In this document: one piece after another, positions 25,371 to 37,185 of the stretch
Layout: each line of letters begins with the position of its first letter
How positions within the stretch are numbered: the stretch's first letter is position 1
NCBI RefSeq assembly: GCF_963921235.1
Contig: NC_086097.1
Coordinates: 85,686,001 to 85,750,000, forward strand
DNA from: Mobula hypostoma
Taxonomy: Eukaryota
Direction: 5' to 3'
Length of the DNA: 64,000 nt
The notes under the pieces: generated by a model
What the model was told of the DNA's origin: nothing
The model's input: the letters and a program-made list of their open reading frames with translations, nothing else
Databases searched by the model: none
Program-made: the position numbers and the translations under genes

Positions 25371-25984
25371 CGTCGTGGGTCTATAAAATGGACCTATGAG
25401 AACAACTTTTGGTGTGGGAGTTGATTTGAGAAAGACTAAAAAATCATAACAGTAAAGGACTTATCCCACTGATAATAATACAGAAACCCAGATCTATATA
25501 TCCAGTACTGAAACAATAACAACTCTTTCCTTTAATGAAATGAGAATCCATTGAAGTTGGGCAAAAGTTCACATCGTAACTGGAATAAAACAATACCTGG
25601 TCACTCAGCATTATAGAATACAGCACTTATTGTTAGATGGAAGTACCCGAGGTGACACTTAACCCAAATGAGCAATTAACATGCTAATTCACTATAGTGA
25701 CCAATCTGCTCCAGGGGACACTGCTCATTGTTAATACAAAGGATTTGATGTAAGAGGCAAGTTCAACACAAGTTAAAAAAACATTCAGTTCAGGCAACAT
25801 AAATCAAATCCAATTTGTGGACAGGGTTCTAGCTGGAAGATAACCAGTTTGTAAAATAGAAGAAAGATGTAAATAAATATTCCTGAAGGGAAGTCTTCCC
25901 CTAACCTCTTCCAGCCAGGCTCCCACTCTCATTCTTTGCACACTTCCAGACTTACACAATTCCTGTTTCAGTGTACACTGTTCT

Positions 25985-26150
25985 TTTCATCTATCACCTG
26001 GCACTTGTTGTCCACTCTGGCATCATCATAGTTTTAAAACATCTCATCCTTGCTTTTAGAGTCCACCATGGCCTCACTCTCCTCTGCCCCAGTAACTTTC
26101 TCCAACTGTCCCAGAGGTTTTCCATTTGGAGCTCTTGTATAATCTCAGTT
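25985..26150 (+). mobile_element. L2-type LINE fragment
   Basis: TTTAAAACATCTCATCCTTGCTTTTAGAGTCCACCATGGCCTC resembles the L2 FKILIL.FK.LHGLAP segment. Confidence 0.45.
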
Positions 26151-26503
26151 TCCTTTGATTTTCTTTGCAATACCAATAATATGAAAGGAAAAGACATCTT
26201 TGAAATGCATTCAGATAATTTTCCTTTATTAATATATGTACTTCTGACCTAACAAAAAAGACAGCACTGCTGGAGTTAATTCTGAGAAAATGAGCCAGGC
26301 TAAATGACGTGTCAATGGGGGAACATCTAAGGGTTTAGAACAGCCAAGGATCCAGACTGTTCTGAAATAAATGTATTCAAATGGATAAGAGCCAACGTCA
26401 ATTGGATGAGAACAGATCCGGTCCAGTTAAACTGAAAGCGAACTTGCAGGCATACTGCAATTGAACAATCAAGACCCAGTGGAGCTGTTTGCTTGTAGTC
26501 AAG

Positions 26504-26602
26504 CAACACACACAAAATGCTGGAGGAGCTAATCAGGCCAGGCAGCATCTATGGAAAAGAGTAAACAGTTGACGTTTCAGACCGAGATCCTTCATCAGAA
26601 TT
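26504..26602 (-). mobile_element. Penelope-like pLTR fragment with hammerhead-like motif (26566-26602)
   Basis: Same family as 23764. Minus strand reads CTGATGA-A-GGAT CTCG GTCT-GAAA-CG-TC-AACTG, with an intact core and a GUC triplet. Confidence 0.65.
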
Positions 26603-26679
26603 CCTTCAATGAGAGGGAAGGGAAATTGAACCGAGATGCTGGGATGACCAATAAATAGGCAGCATCCATGATTAGGGAC

Positions 26680-26945
26680 CCTCACCATCCTGTAATCCTC
26701 TCTTCCTATTACTATGATCAGGGAAGAGGTACAGGAGCCTGAAGCCCCACCCTCTACCATTCAGGGACAGCTTCTTTCTCCTCCACCATCTGATTATCGA
26801 ATGGTCCATGAACAATACTTCATTATTCCTTTTATCCATTATTTAGGTATTATGTAATTTATAGTAATTTTATGTCTTTACACTGCGGTCACAAAACTAC
26901 AAAATTCACGTCATATGAAACAATGTGAATAACCTGATTCTGAGA
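26680..26945 (+). mobile_element. Rex1/Babar-type LINE 3' end
   Basis: ATCAGGGAAGAGGTACAGGAGCCTGAAG...TTCAGGGACAGCTTCTT (SGxRYRSL...FRDSFF pattern). Tail AATAACCTGATTCTGA. Confidence 0.65.
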
Positions 26946-28999
26946 GCCATGCTTAATAATGGTCATTGGCACCTACACATTCTTAACTCTCTGCATCTCC
27001 CAAAACCACCCTACTTTAAAGCTGTTATGATCATAGTTCCAGTTTATCCTTCACTATATTTAATGCTACAACTGAAGGCTGTTTCCCTCTTTTCAGATAT
27101 CCTGAACCTTTTAGAGATATTACCATTGCTATCTATTCCTCCTATGCCCTGTTTGCAACCTAAAAGCAAGCTGTTTTCTCTCCTTTTAATTCTGACAAAA
27201 ACCAAAAAGTTTACTGTTTCTCTTTCCACCTCCGTAACCTGCTGAGTGATTCCTGCATTGTCTGTTTTTCTCACTAATGTAACTCCTTGCACAACTGTTG
27301 ATTTTATAGCTTACTGTGTATATCCCAAAAAGTAGCTGATTAGGAACTGTGAAGATTTTGATCTGGTGATCATCTTGGAAGAACCTTGGAGGAAAGCGGG
27401 GACATAATTGGATTTCCCACATTCCTGATATTCTTACTCTCTCAAGTGGCAACTTGCCAGATCTCTGTATTCCTTCTTGCTTGAACAATTTGATAGAGAA
27501 AGTGGATAGTTAAACTGGTGAATGCAATGCTAAAAAAGTAAAGTCTCTGGATAATATTAAGTTATTGAGTTATCTTGCAGCTGCATCATCTACACTTGGG
27601 ATGATAAGTGATATGCAAGTAGTAGATTGGTGAGCTTAAGTTCTCATGTGTTGCTCCTCTAGCCTTCACCAAAACTCAGATACGTTAGTCAAGTTCATTG
27701 GAACTCTACCAGGTTGATCAGTAGTTGGTACTACCATACCATTTTATTGAAATTTCACTGCCAATATACAACATATGCTGTATCCCCTCAGGGTTCTTAG
27801 AACAGAAGAGTACTTGTTCATCATCCCAGAAAAGATCACCAGGAGATTTTCTTATCTAAATTTGAGATGAAGGCATGAGATTTCAGAGGGAAAGTTGATG
27901 TTGAGAGTTCCTTGGACTACTTCCATCCTCTTTGGAATTACTGTCCCTATGAATGGTGATTGAAGGATCAGGGAAGTTGGTCGAGTATGTCCCTTTGTCA
28001 GGCCACTGTTCATCCAATATCAGAAGCAGTTCTTTCAACTTTTTGTGTCAATATCTAGATATTAGTGAGGACCACTTTGCATTGGGCGCATCTCGGTCAA
28101 TTTTGATCTCAATGTCCAGGTCACAGGCAAGCAGCCCAGATTTTTTCTATAGTTACTTTTTGTACTGGCTTGTTAAAACTTAACGAGTTTAAGACAGGAG
28201 GAGTTGAAATTTCAAACCCACTGAGGTGGAAGAGCATACAAGGAAAATAAATTTGTGCATGAATGAGTGTCAGGTGACACCATGTTATCAGGCAATGAGT
28301 TAAATTTTAATTTTTCTACATGGTGGAAAGACACGAGACGATTTGTGGGTGGATGCACAAGCAAGCAAAAGGCCCAACATTTTTGGCATTCAAGCAACCA
28401 CCACATTAAAATATTTGTATACTTTCCAACCAGTCAGCTGAGAAAGTATCATGAAGACGTACAACATGATTTCAGCTCCACTATTAGATCTTCATTCCAT
28501 GTATGGAATTCACTGCACAATACAAAGCATTTTCAGTGCCTAAAAACTCTGCACTGGTTGATTGCACTTAGGTGCCTGAAGCAGCAGTATGTTGTAATTT
28601 GGCATTGAGTTACTGGAGGTATGAAGGAGGGCTGGGAATGTTGTCCTCAGCTGCAGAATGCAATGTCTTAAGTTTTATGTCATCCTTCTCACCGTTAGCA
28701 TTAACATCCATTCTGTACATCCATTTGACATGTTATTACTTTCAGTCACAGTTCTCATCTTTTCATCCTTGCTCAAGAACATAGAGCATAAGGGGAGAAA
28801 CATGTCATGTCTCCTAACCCCATGATTAGCAATACAATGCATAGACAAAGAAGCTAAATCTGATTTTAACTGCCACATGAAGTCATCTGGTCTCAGCCTA
28901 TCAGAGATATGCCATTTGTTCTGCTCATCCTTTCCCTATCTTCTTTGCTACCTTAAAGTAACTTTCTTTTCTTCCTCACCCCTCGCCCCCCCCCCCCCC

Positions 29000-29095
29000 C
29001 AGTTCTAATGCAGGGTCCTAGACCTGAAACGTTAACTGTTTCTATTTTTACTGATGTGGCCTGAACTGCTGAGTGTTTCCAGTTTTTTTTCTGTT
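29000..29095 (+). mobile_element. Older Penelope-like pLTR fragment with decayed hammerhead core
   Basis: CAGTT-CTAATGC-A-GGGTCCTAGACCT-GAAA-CG-TT-AACTG, followed by GATGTGGCCTGAACTGCTGAGT as in the other copies. Confidence 0.55.
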
Positions 29096-29440
29096 AAAAG
29101 AGAGTACTGAATGGTTCAGACCATTTTTTTTCACTTCCTCACCATTGACTATGCTTCCAAATTTCATGTTATTTGCAAATTTAGGAGAGAAACCTATGTC
29201 ATTAACAGTAATCAAAAGCGTTAGTCCAAAAACTGATCCCAGGTGACACCACTGTACATTTCCAATAAACAATCATCCATCTACTTTCTGATTCTTAGAC
29301 AATTCATGAACATGTTTCTTTACCAAGAGGCTTTTAAGATCCACAGATATTAATAGCACTACACATGTAATACATTACTTAATCAAAGAATTCAACTCAG
29401 TCAAATACAACAAACCTTCTGTAACATCTATTAAACCCGG

Positions 29441-32092
29441 ATAGACCATATGACCATAAGATATAGGAGCAGAAAGAGGCCATTCGGCCCATCGAGTCTG
29501 CTCCGCCATTCAGTCATGGGCTGATCCAATTCTTCCAGTCATCCCCACTCCCCTGCTTTCACCCCATACCCCTTTGATGACCTGGCTAATCAAGAACCTA
29601 TCTATCTCTGCCTTAAATACACCCAATGACTTGGCCTCCACAGCTGCTTGTGGCAACAAATTCCACAGATTTTCCGCCCTCTGACTAAAGTAATTTCTCC
29701 ACATCTCTGTTCTAAATGGATGTCCTTCAATCCTGAAGTCGTGCCCTCTTGCCCTAGACTCCCCTACCATGGGAAATAACTTTGGCATATCTAATCTGTT
29801 CAAGCCTTTTAACATTTGGAATGTTTCTATGAGATTCCGCTCCCCCTCCCCCCCCCATTCTCCTGAACTCCAGGGAATACAGCTGCCAGACGTTCCTCAT
29901 ATGGTAACCCTCTCATTCCTGGAATCATTCTCGTGAATCTTCTCTGAACCCTCTCCAATGTCAGTATATCCTTTCTAAAATAAGGAGCCCAAAATTGCAC
30001 ACAATACTCCAAATGTGGTCTCACGATTGCCTTACAGAGCCTCAATATTACATCCTTGCTCTTATATTCTATACCTCTAGAAATGAATGCCAACATTGCA
30101 ATCACCTTCTTTACCACTGACTCAACCTGGAGGTTAACCTTTAAGGTATCCTGCACCAGGACTCCCAAGTCCCTTTGCATCTCTGCATTTTGCATTCTCT
30201 CCCCATCTAAATAATAATCTGCCCGTATATTTCTTCCACCAAAGAGCATGAGCATATACTTTCCAACACTGTATTTCATTCGACACTTCTTTGCCAATTT
30301 CCCTAAACTATCTAAGTCTCTCTGCAGGCTCTCTGTTTCCTCAATACTACCCGCTCCTCAACCTATCTTTGTATCATTGGCAAATTTAGCCACAAATCCA
30401 TAGTCCAAATCATTGACATACATCATGAAAAGCAGCAGTCCCAACACCAACCCCCAAAATAGGATCCCTTTATTCCCACTCTCTGTTTTCTGCCGATCAG
30501 CCAATGCTCCACTCATGCTAGTAACTCCCCTGTAATTCCATGGGCTCTTATCTTACTAAGCAGCCTCATGTGTGGCATCTTGTCAAAGGCCTTCTGGAAA
30601 TCCAAGTACAGCGCATCTACTACATCCCCTTTGTCTACCCTACTTGTAATATCCTCAAAAATTGCTGCAGGTTAGTTAGGCAAGATTTTCCTTTCAGGAA
30701 ACCATGCTGGCTGTGGCCTGTCTTGTCATGTGCCTTCAGGTATTCCATAATCTCATCCTTAACAATCGATTCCAACAACTTCCCAACCACTGATGTCAAG
30801 CTAACAAGTCTATAGTTTCCTTTCTGCTGCCTCCCACCCTTCTTAAATAGCGGAGTAACATTTGCAATTTCCCAGTCATCTGGTAGAATGTCAGAATCTA
30901 GCGATTCTTGAAAGATCATCGTTAATGCCTCCACAATCTCTCCAGCTACTCCCTTCCAAACCCAGGGGTATATTCCATCAGGTCCAGAAGATTTATCCAC
31001 CCTCAGACGATTAAGTTTCCTGAGCACCTTCTCAGTTGTAATTTTCACTACACATACTTCACTTCCCTGACACTCTTGAATGTCCGGTATACTGCAGATG
31101 TCTTCCACTGTGAAGACTAATGCAAAATATGCATTCAGTTCATCTATCATCTCTGCGTCTCATTACAATATCTTCAGCGCCATTTTCTATTGGTCCTATA
31201 TCTACCCTCAACTCTTTTTTAACCTTTATATAACTTTAAAAAGCTTTCAGTATCAGCAGCTTCCTTTCATAATTCATTTTTTCCTTCCTAATGACCTTCT
31301 TAGTTTCCTCTGCAATTTTTAAAAAGCTTCCTAGTCCTCTATCTTCCTACTAACTTTGGCTTCCTTGTATACCCTCACTTCACTTGTCAGCCACGGTAGT
31401 GTCCTTCTTCCATTCAAAAATTTCTTCTTATTTGGAATGTATCTGCCTTGCACTTCCCTTATTTTTCACAGAAACTCCAGACATTGCTGCTTTGCTATTC
31501 TTCCTGCTAGTGTCCCTTTCCAGTCAACCTTGGCCAGTTCCCCTGTTATGCCATTGTTCCATTGAAATACCGACACATTGGAATTTAGTTTCTCATTCTC
31601 AAATTTCAATGTGAACTCAATCATGTTGTGATCATCGTTCTTTAAGAGTTCCTTAACCTTAAGCTCTCTTATCACCTCCAGATCATTGCATAACACCTAA
31701 TCCAGCACAGCCGATTCCCTAGTGGGCTCAACAACAAGCTGTTCTAAAAAGCCATTACTTAGACATTCTACAAGATCTCTCTCTTGAGGTCCAGTACTGA
31801 CCTGGTTTTCTCAATCCACTTTCATGTTAAAATTCCCAATGATGATCATGACTTGCCCTTCTGACACGTCTTTTCTATCCCCTGCTGTAATTTGTAATCC
31901 ACATCCCAGCTGCTGTTTGGAGGCCTGTATACAACTGCCATTAGGGTCCTTTTATCTTTGCCATTTCTTAACTCAACCCGTAGAGACTCTACACCTTCCA
32001 ATCCCATGTCATCCCTTTCTAATGATTTAATATTATTTCTTATACACAGAACCACACCAACCCCTCTGCCTACTAACCTATCTTTCCGATAC
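29441..32092 (-). mobile_element. CR1 LINE (host copy): tail, RT and most of the endonuclease
   Basis: Tail ATAGACCATATGACCATAAG. Motifs RPHLEYCVQFW, NVTPLFKKGG, DHNMIEF, VVYRPPNS. Confidence 0.93.
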
Positions 32093-33719
32093 AATAGACA
32101 ATAGGTGCAGGAGTAGGCCATTCGGCCCTTTGAGCCAGCACCACTAGTCACTGTGATCATGGCTGATCACCCACAATCAGTATTCAGTTCCTGCTTTATC
32201 CCCATAACTTTTGATTCTGCTATCTTTAAGAGCTCTATCCATCTCTTTCTTGAAAGCATCCAGAGACTTGGCCTCCACTGCCTTCTGGGGCAGAGCATTC
32301 CACATATCCACCACTCTCTGGGTGAAAAAGTTTTTCCTCAACTCCATTCTAAATGGCCTACCCCTTATTCTTAAACTGTGGACTCTGGTTCTGGACTCAC
32401 CCATCAGCGGGAACATACTTCCTGCCTCCAGCGTCTCCAATTTCTTAATAATCTTATACGTTTCAATCAGATCCCCTCTCATCCTTCTAAATTCCAGTGT
32501 ATACAAGCCCAGTTGCTCTAATCTTTCAACATATGACAGTCCCGCCATCCCGGGAATTAACTTTGGGAACCTACGCTGCACTCCCTCAATAGCAAGAATG
32601 TCCTTCCTCAAATTTGGAGACCAAAACTGCACACAATACTCCAGGTGTGGTCTCACCAGGGCCCTGTACAGCTGCAGAAGGACCTCTTTGCTCTTATACT
32701 CAACTCCCTTTGTTATGAAGGCCAGCATGCCATTAGCTTTCTTCGCTGCCTGCTGTACCTGCATGCTTGCTTTCAGTGACTGATGTACAAGAACACCTAG
32801 ATCTCGTTGTACTTCCCCTTTTCCTAACTTGACTCCATTTAGATAATAATCTGCCTTCCTGTTCTTACCACCAAAGTGGATAACCTCACATTTATCCACA
32901 TTAAACTGCATCTGCCATGCATCCACCCACTCACCCAACCTGTCCAAGTCACCCTGCATTCTCATAACATCCTCCTCACATTTCACACTGCCACCCAGCT
33001 TTGTGTCATCAGCAAATCTGCTAAAGTTACTTTTAATTCCCTCATCTAAATCATTAATGTATATTGTAAACAGCTGCGGTCCCAGCACTGAACCCTGCAG
33101 TACCCCACTGGTCACCGCCTGCCATTCCGAAAGGGACCCATTAATCACTACTCTTTGTTTCCTGTCAGCCAGCCAATTTTCAATCCATGTCAGTAATCTG
33201 CACCCAATACCATGTGCCCTAATTTTGCCCACTAATCTCCTATGTGGGACTTCATCAAAGGCTTTCTGAAAGTCCAGGTACTCTACATCCACTGGCTTTC
33301 CCTTGTCCATTTTCATAGTTACAGTCACAAAAAATTCCAGAAGATTAGTCAAGCATGATTTCTCCTTCGTAAATCCATGCTGACTCGGACCAATCCTGTA
33401 ACTGCTATCCAGGTGTGTCCTAATTTCATCTTTTATAATTGACTCCAGCATCTTTCCCACCACCGACGTCAGGCTAACCGGTCTATAATTCCCTGTTTTC
33501 TCTCTCCCTCCTTTCTTAAAAAGTGGGACAACATTAGCCACCCTCCAATCCATAGGAACTGATTTTGAATCTATAGAACATTGGAAAATGATTACCACTG
33601 CGTCCACGATTTCTAAAGCCACCTCCTTAAGTACCCTGGCATGCAGACCATCAGGTCCCAGCCTTCAGACTCAACAGTCTATCCAACACCATTTCCTGCC
33701 TAATATAAATTTCCTTCAG
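32093..33719 (-). mobile_element. Young 5'-truncated CR1 nested in an older CR1, with an intact 481-aa RT frame (32177..33622)
   Basis: Uninterrupted ORF with YLDFQKAFD, QGSVLGPQLF, FADDTKL, RPHLEYCVQFW. Own tail (CAATAGACAATAG) at 32092. Confidence 0.95.
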
Positions 33720-34065
33720 ATATACAATATACACTGTATATCCTTGGATGTTCAACTACCAATGGCAGCCATCCTTTAGCCAAGTTTCAGAGATGGATTT
33801 CTTATGCTGCGTGCATTCAAACACAACACTTTCAGTCCAGTATTTGTTGCTTTCTGTTTTAATTGCACCACACCTTTATTGCCCTGTAACTCATCCCACT
33901 GGCTGTGATTATGTCTCATTTCCTGCCTGTCCTTTCTATCATCTCTGTTGCACGCTATCTTTGATTTATTTCTGTTTTCCCCTTCCTCAGCCCTATCACT
34001 CTGATTCCCATCCCCCTGCCAAATTAGTTTAAACCCTCCCTAAAAGCTCTATTAAACCTACCTGA
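33720..34065 (-). mobile_element. Continuation of the host CR1 (ORF2 start / ORF1 end)
   Basis: Resumes ATACACTGTATATCCTTGG, contiguous with TCTTTCCGATAC at ~32081-32092. Includes the reverse complement of NARSIRN (33801-33817) and GGTTTAAACTAATTTGGCAGGGGGATGGG. Confidence 0.85.
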
Positions 34066-36509
34066 TAGGTAAGGTTTAGAAGGATATGGGCTAAATACAG
34101 GCGAATGAGACTAGCATGAAGAAGCACCTTGATCAGCAGATTTGAGTTTGGTTAAATGGCCTATTTCCCTGCTGTATAACTTTATGAATTTAATCCCATA
34201 TTTCTCATATTAATTTTAATCCATATTAATTTTATCCCAGATTATTTTCACCAGAAGATCTTCAGCCACAATATTATTCATTTTTAAGTATGAAGTATTT
34301 AGAACAACTCCTCTGTTCTTAGAATTGTTGATTTCAGCTGAGGGATTTCCTTCAAGCAGACAGCAAATTATATCTTCCTTCTTGTTCTCACAGTGGGATG
34401 AGCCAATAACTTACTTTCTGAAGGCCTGTCATTATTGCAGGAGTCCCTATAAATATATATTTGGATAGGTGAAAGCCAATAATTCAACAAGCTGTATTAA
34501 TTTTAGGAGAATTATTGCAGTATACAGTAGGTGAATTTCATATGTCTTTTAAAGGAAAAACGATATTAGAATCTCAGGACTACATTTGTGCTGAAGGAAA
34601 ATCTTATCTCACATGGATGATTCCCTTGGCTTTCTGATTAGAGCTCTGCATCACAAATTGATATCAATTATACCAGCTATAAAGCTTTGATGCAGCTTGA
34701 CACTGTATTTTTCAGCAGGAGAAATCAATAGCACACACCAAAATAATTCATCTCAACAAAATTCTAGATTTAAATCCATTCTATTTATGAGGCATGGCTC
34801 GAAAATTGGTTGAATAGAATTGATAGACATCGCAATCTACCTTCCATTCATTCTGCTACATCACCGAATTCCAAACATCCATACTTCTGGGTAAAATTGT
34901 AAAGCATTACCCTGTCTTTTATTATCAGCATTACCCTGCTCAGATCCACTTACTAAATCCTTTCATTTTATCTATATTTTCTGAAAGTTATTTCCTGGAA
35001 TACAGAATATTTACCTCTTGATCAATTAAATTCACAAGTAACTTTGCTAAATGAATCCCGCTTAGGCATATATTTTGATGGCAACAAGTTAGCTGGTATT
35101 GTCAGTAGTGTGGATGGAAGTTGCATGATGCTTAGGGATATTGATATTTAAAGTAAGAGCATAAAACCATAGTCAACAGTGAGGAATGAGAGACCTAAGA
35201 CAGGCAAATCAGAATAATTTCTGAATGGTGGAAGCTAAAACCAATGGCAGAGCAGGGAGATTTAGATATCCATGGTCAACGATCACTGGAAAAGTGAACA
35301 GACACAAAAAGACATCAAGAGGCAAATGGAACATCTGCCTTTATCACAGTGAAATAATACTTTGCTCTATGGTACATCCAGATAAACTGGTTGAGAGCGT
35401 AATTTGAACAAAAGGCCAGTATGTGGACTATTATAAAACTGGTGAAAGTCCACTTGTTGATGAAAATATAAACAGAAAAACAATTCACAAAGACTGACAT
35501 CTGGGTTAATTGGAATTCAACAGAGGTGTAGATGTTCACTTTGTATACTTAAGCTGATGATTGGTATAAGGGCTTAGTTCAACCACTGCAACTTGCACTT
35601 AGAAAAATATGGTCCAGAGCAGACGTACAAAGTGAGAAAGAGAAAAACTGAGCTGAGTAGGGATGGAGAGAGGGGCTTTGAGTTTTGATTGATCCCTTAA
35701 TATGACTTCTGACGGAATGAAGAGTCCTTCAGGGAGAGAGAATGATAGCAATAAAGCCAAAACAAAAGACATGTCCTTACTCCATCAGAAATATAGCTGT
35801 CTGGTAAATGTTTTATTTGTAATGGGTTATGCTGTAACCGTTGCTCCTCAATAAACTAATAAACCACTTAATATTTCTCAACCCCTTGGATAATCTGTGA
35901 AGTTTGAGATGATGTAAAATTTACAACTAACCTTGGAGAGGACATAGTCCAGGTCCACCAGAATATTATTAATATACATATGTACGTACCTGCCTGTCTT
36001 GCTGCTTACAAACTGCAGTTAATATGAAACTGCAAATTTTCATTGCCAGCATTCTGCGCTGTTACTCTCATAAGGTGTCTTCAGACATCTAAATGTGAAG
36101 GAGCATAATAAACAAAATTACATTGTACATATATTTGCAACCACACGTTCTTAATATTGGCAGAAGAATGTTTTCTAGGATGCTCTTAGCTCCGTTCTGA
36201 AGTTGACGTTCCAACACCACACTTCGAGTTATAACTTTCAAAGTTGCACTGGGGTCCTAATCCAAAGCCACTCTCAAAACCACTCTAAAAATCTGCACAT
36301 AAGCTGCCAGAAAAGAGGGTTGAAGGAACAAGACCTTAAGAACATAGGACATAGGAGCAAGGGTAAACGCTTTTTCATTAAGAAGTTGGCTCTTGCATAG
36401 TCTGATGGTCTTTAGAGAATGTTCCTTTTTTCTTTTTCCGATCCTTACACAATCAAACTAGTTTTGATGCTTGAGACTGTTAATGAATCAAGGAGTCCAT
36501 TCCAAATGC

Positions 36510-37185
36510 AAGAGAGACACAAGAGACTGTAGATCCTAGAATCTGAAGCAACAATGGAATGGTTGGAGGAACACATGCGTAAAGCAGCATTTGTGGGGGG
36601 AAAGGAACGGTTGACATTTCAGGTCCTGTTGCGGTGTCTTGAACCACATCAACAAATTAGCATTCACTTTGAGAGTGCTAGCGTATAAAAGCAAGGATAT
36701 AATCCTGAGGCTTTACAAGGCATTGGTCAGACCACACTTGCAATATGGTGAGCAGATTTGGGCCCCTTCCCTAAGAAAGGATGTACTAGCATTGGGGAGG
36801 GTCCAGAAAAATGATCCCAGGAATGAAAGGATTAACCATGAAGAGCATTTGACAGGAGTTTACATGCTGGAGTTTAGAAGAATTGGTGTTGGGAAACCTA
36901 TCAAATATTGAAAGGCCTAGATCGAGTGGACATGAAAAGGGTGTTTCCTATAGTGGAATTTATTGCCACACACAACTGTGGATGCCAAGTTTTTGGATAT
37001 ATTTAAAGAGGAGTTTGATAGGCTCTTGATTCAAAAGGGTGTCAAAGGCAGGAGTTCAATCATGATGAAATGGTGGAGCAGGCCTGATTGGCTGAATGGC
37101 CTAATTCTGCTCCTATGTCTAAGTATTCTTTCTGCCCCACAGACACTACTTCACCCACTTAGTTCCTCCAGCAGATTGATCATTC
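36510..37185. mobile_element. Decayed Penelope-like palindromic arms enclosing a degenerate plus-strand CR1 fragment (~36650-37120)
   Basis: Left arm GGAGGAAC...GCAGCATTTGTGGGGG and right arm CCCCACAGAC...AGTTCCTCCAGC. Internal ORF LRLYKALVRPHLQY. Confidence 0.6.

Noticed and set aside
25444..25626. 60-aa minus-strand ORF with an acceptor-like site and a hydrophobic end
   Set aside because: No recognisable homology and nothing linking it to other exons.
27560..28600. Possible very old LINE remnant
   Set aside because: Too decayed to assign family or boundaries by eye.
32211..33269. Plus-strand ORFs of 190 and 88 aa, and similar antisense ORFs over other LINEs
   Set aside because: They are antisense shadows of CR1/RTE ORF2.
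34415..34446. Minus-strand 32-nt segment with a GTAAGT donor
   Set aside because: Weak AT-rich acceptor and no supporting homology.
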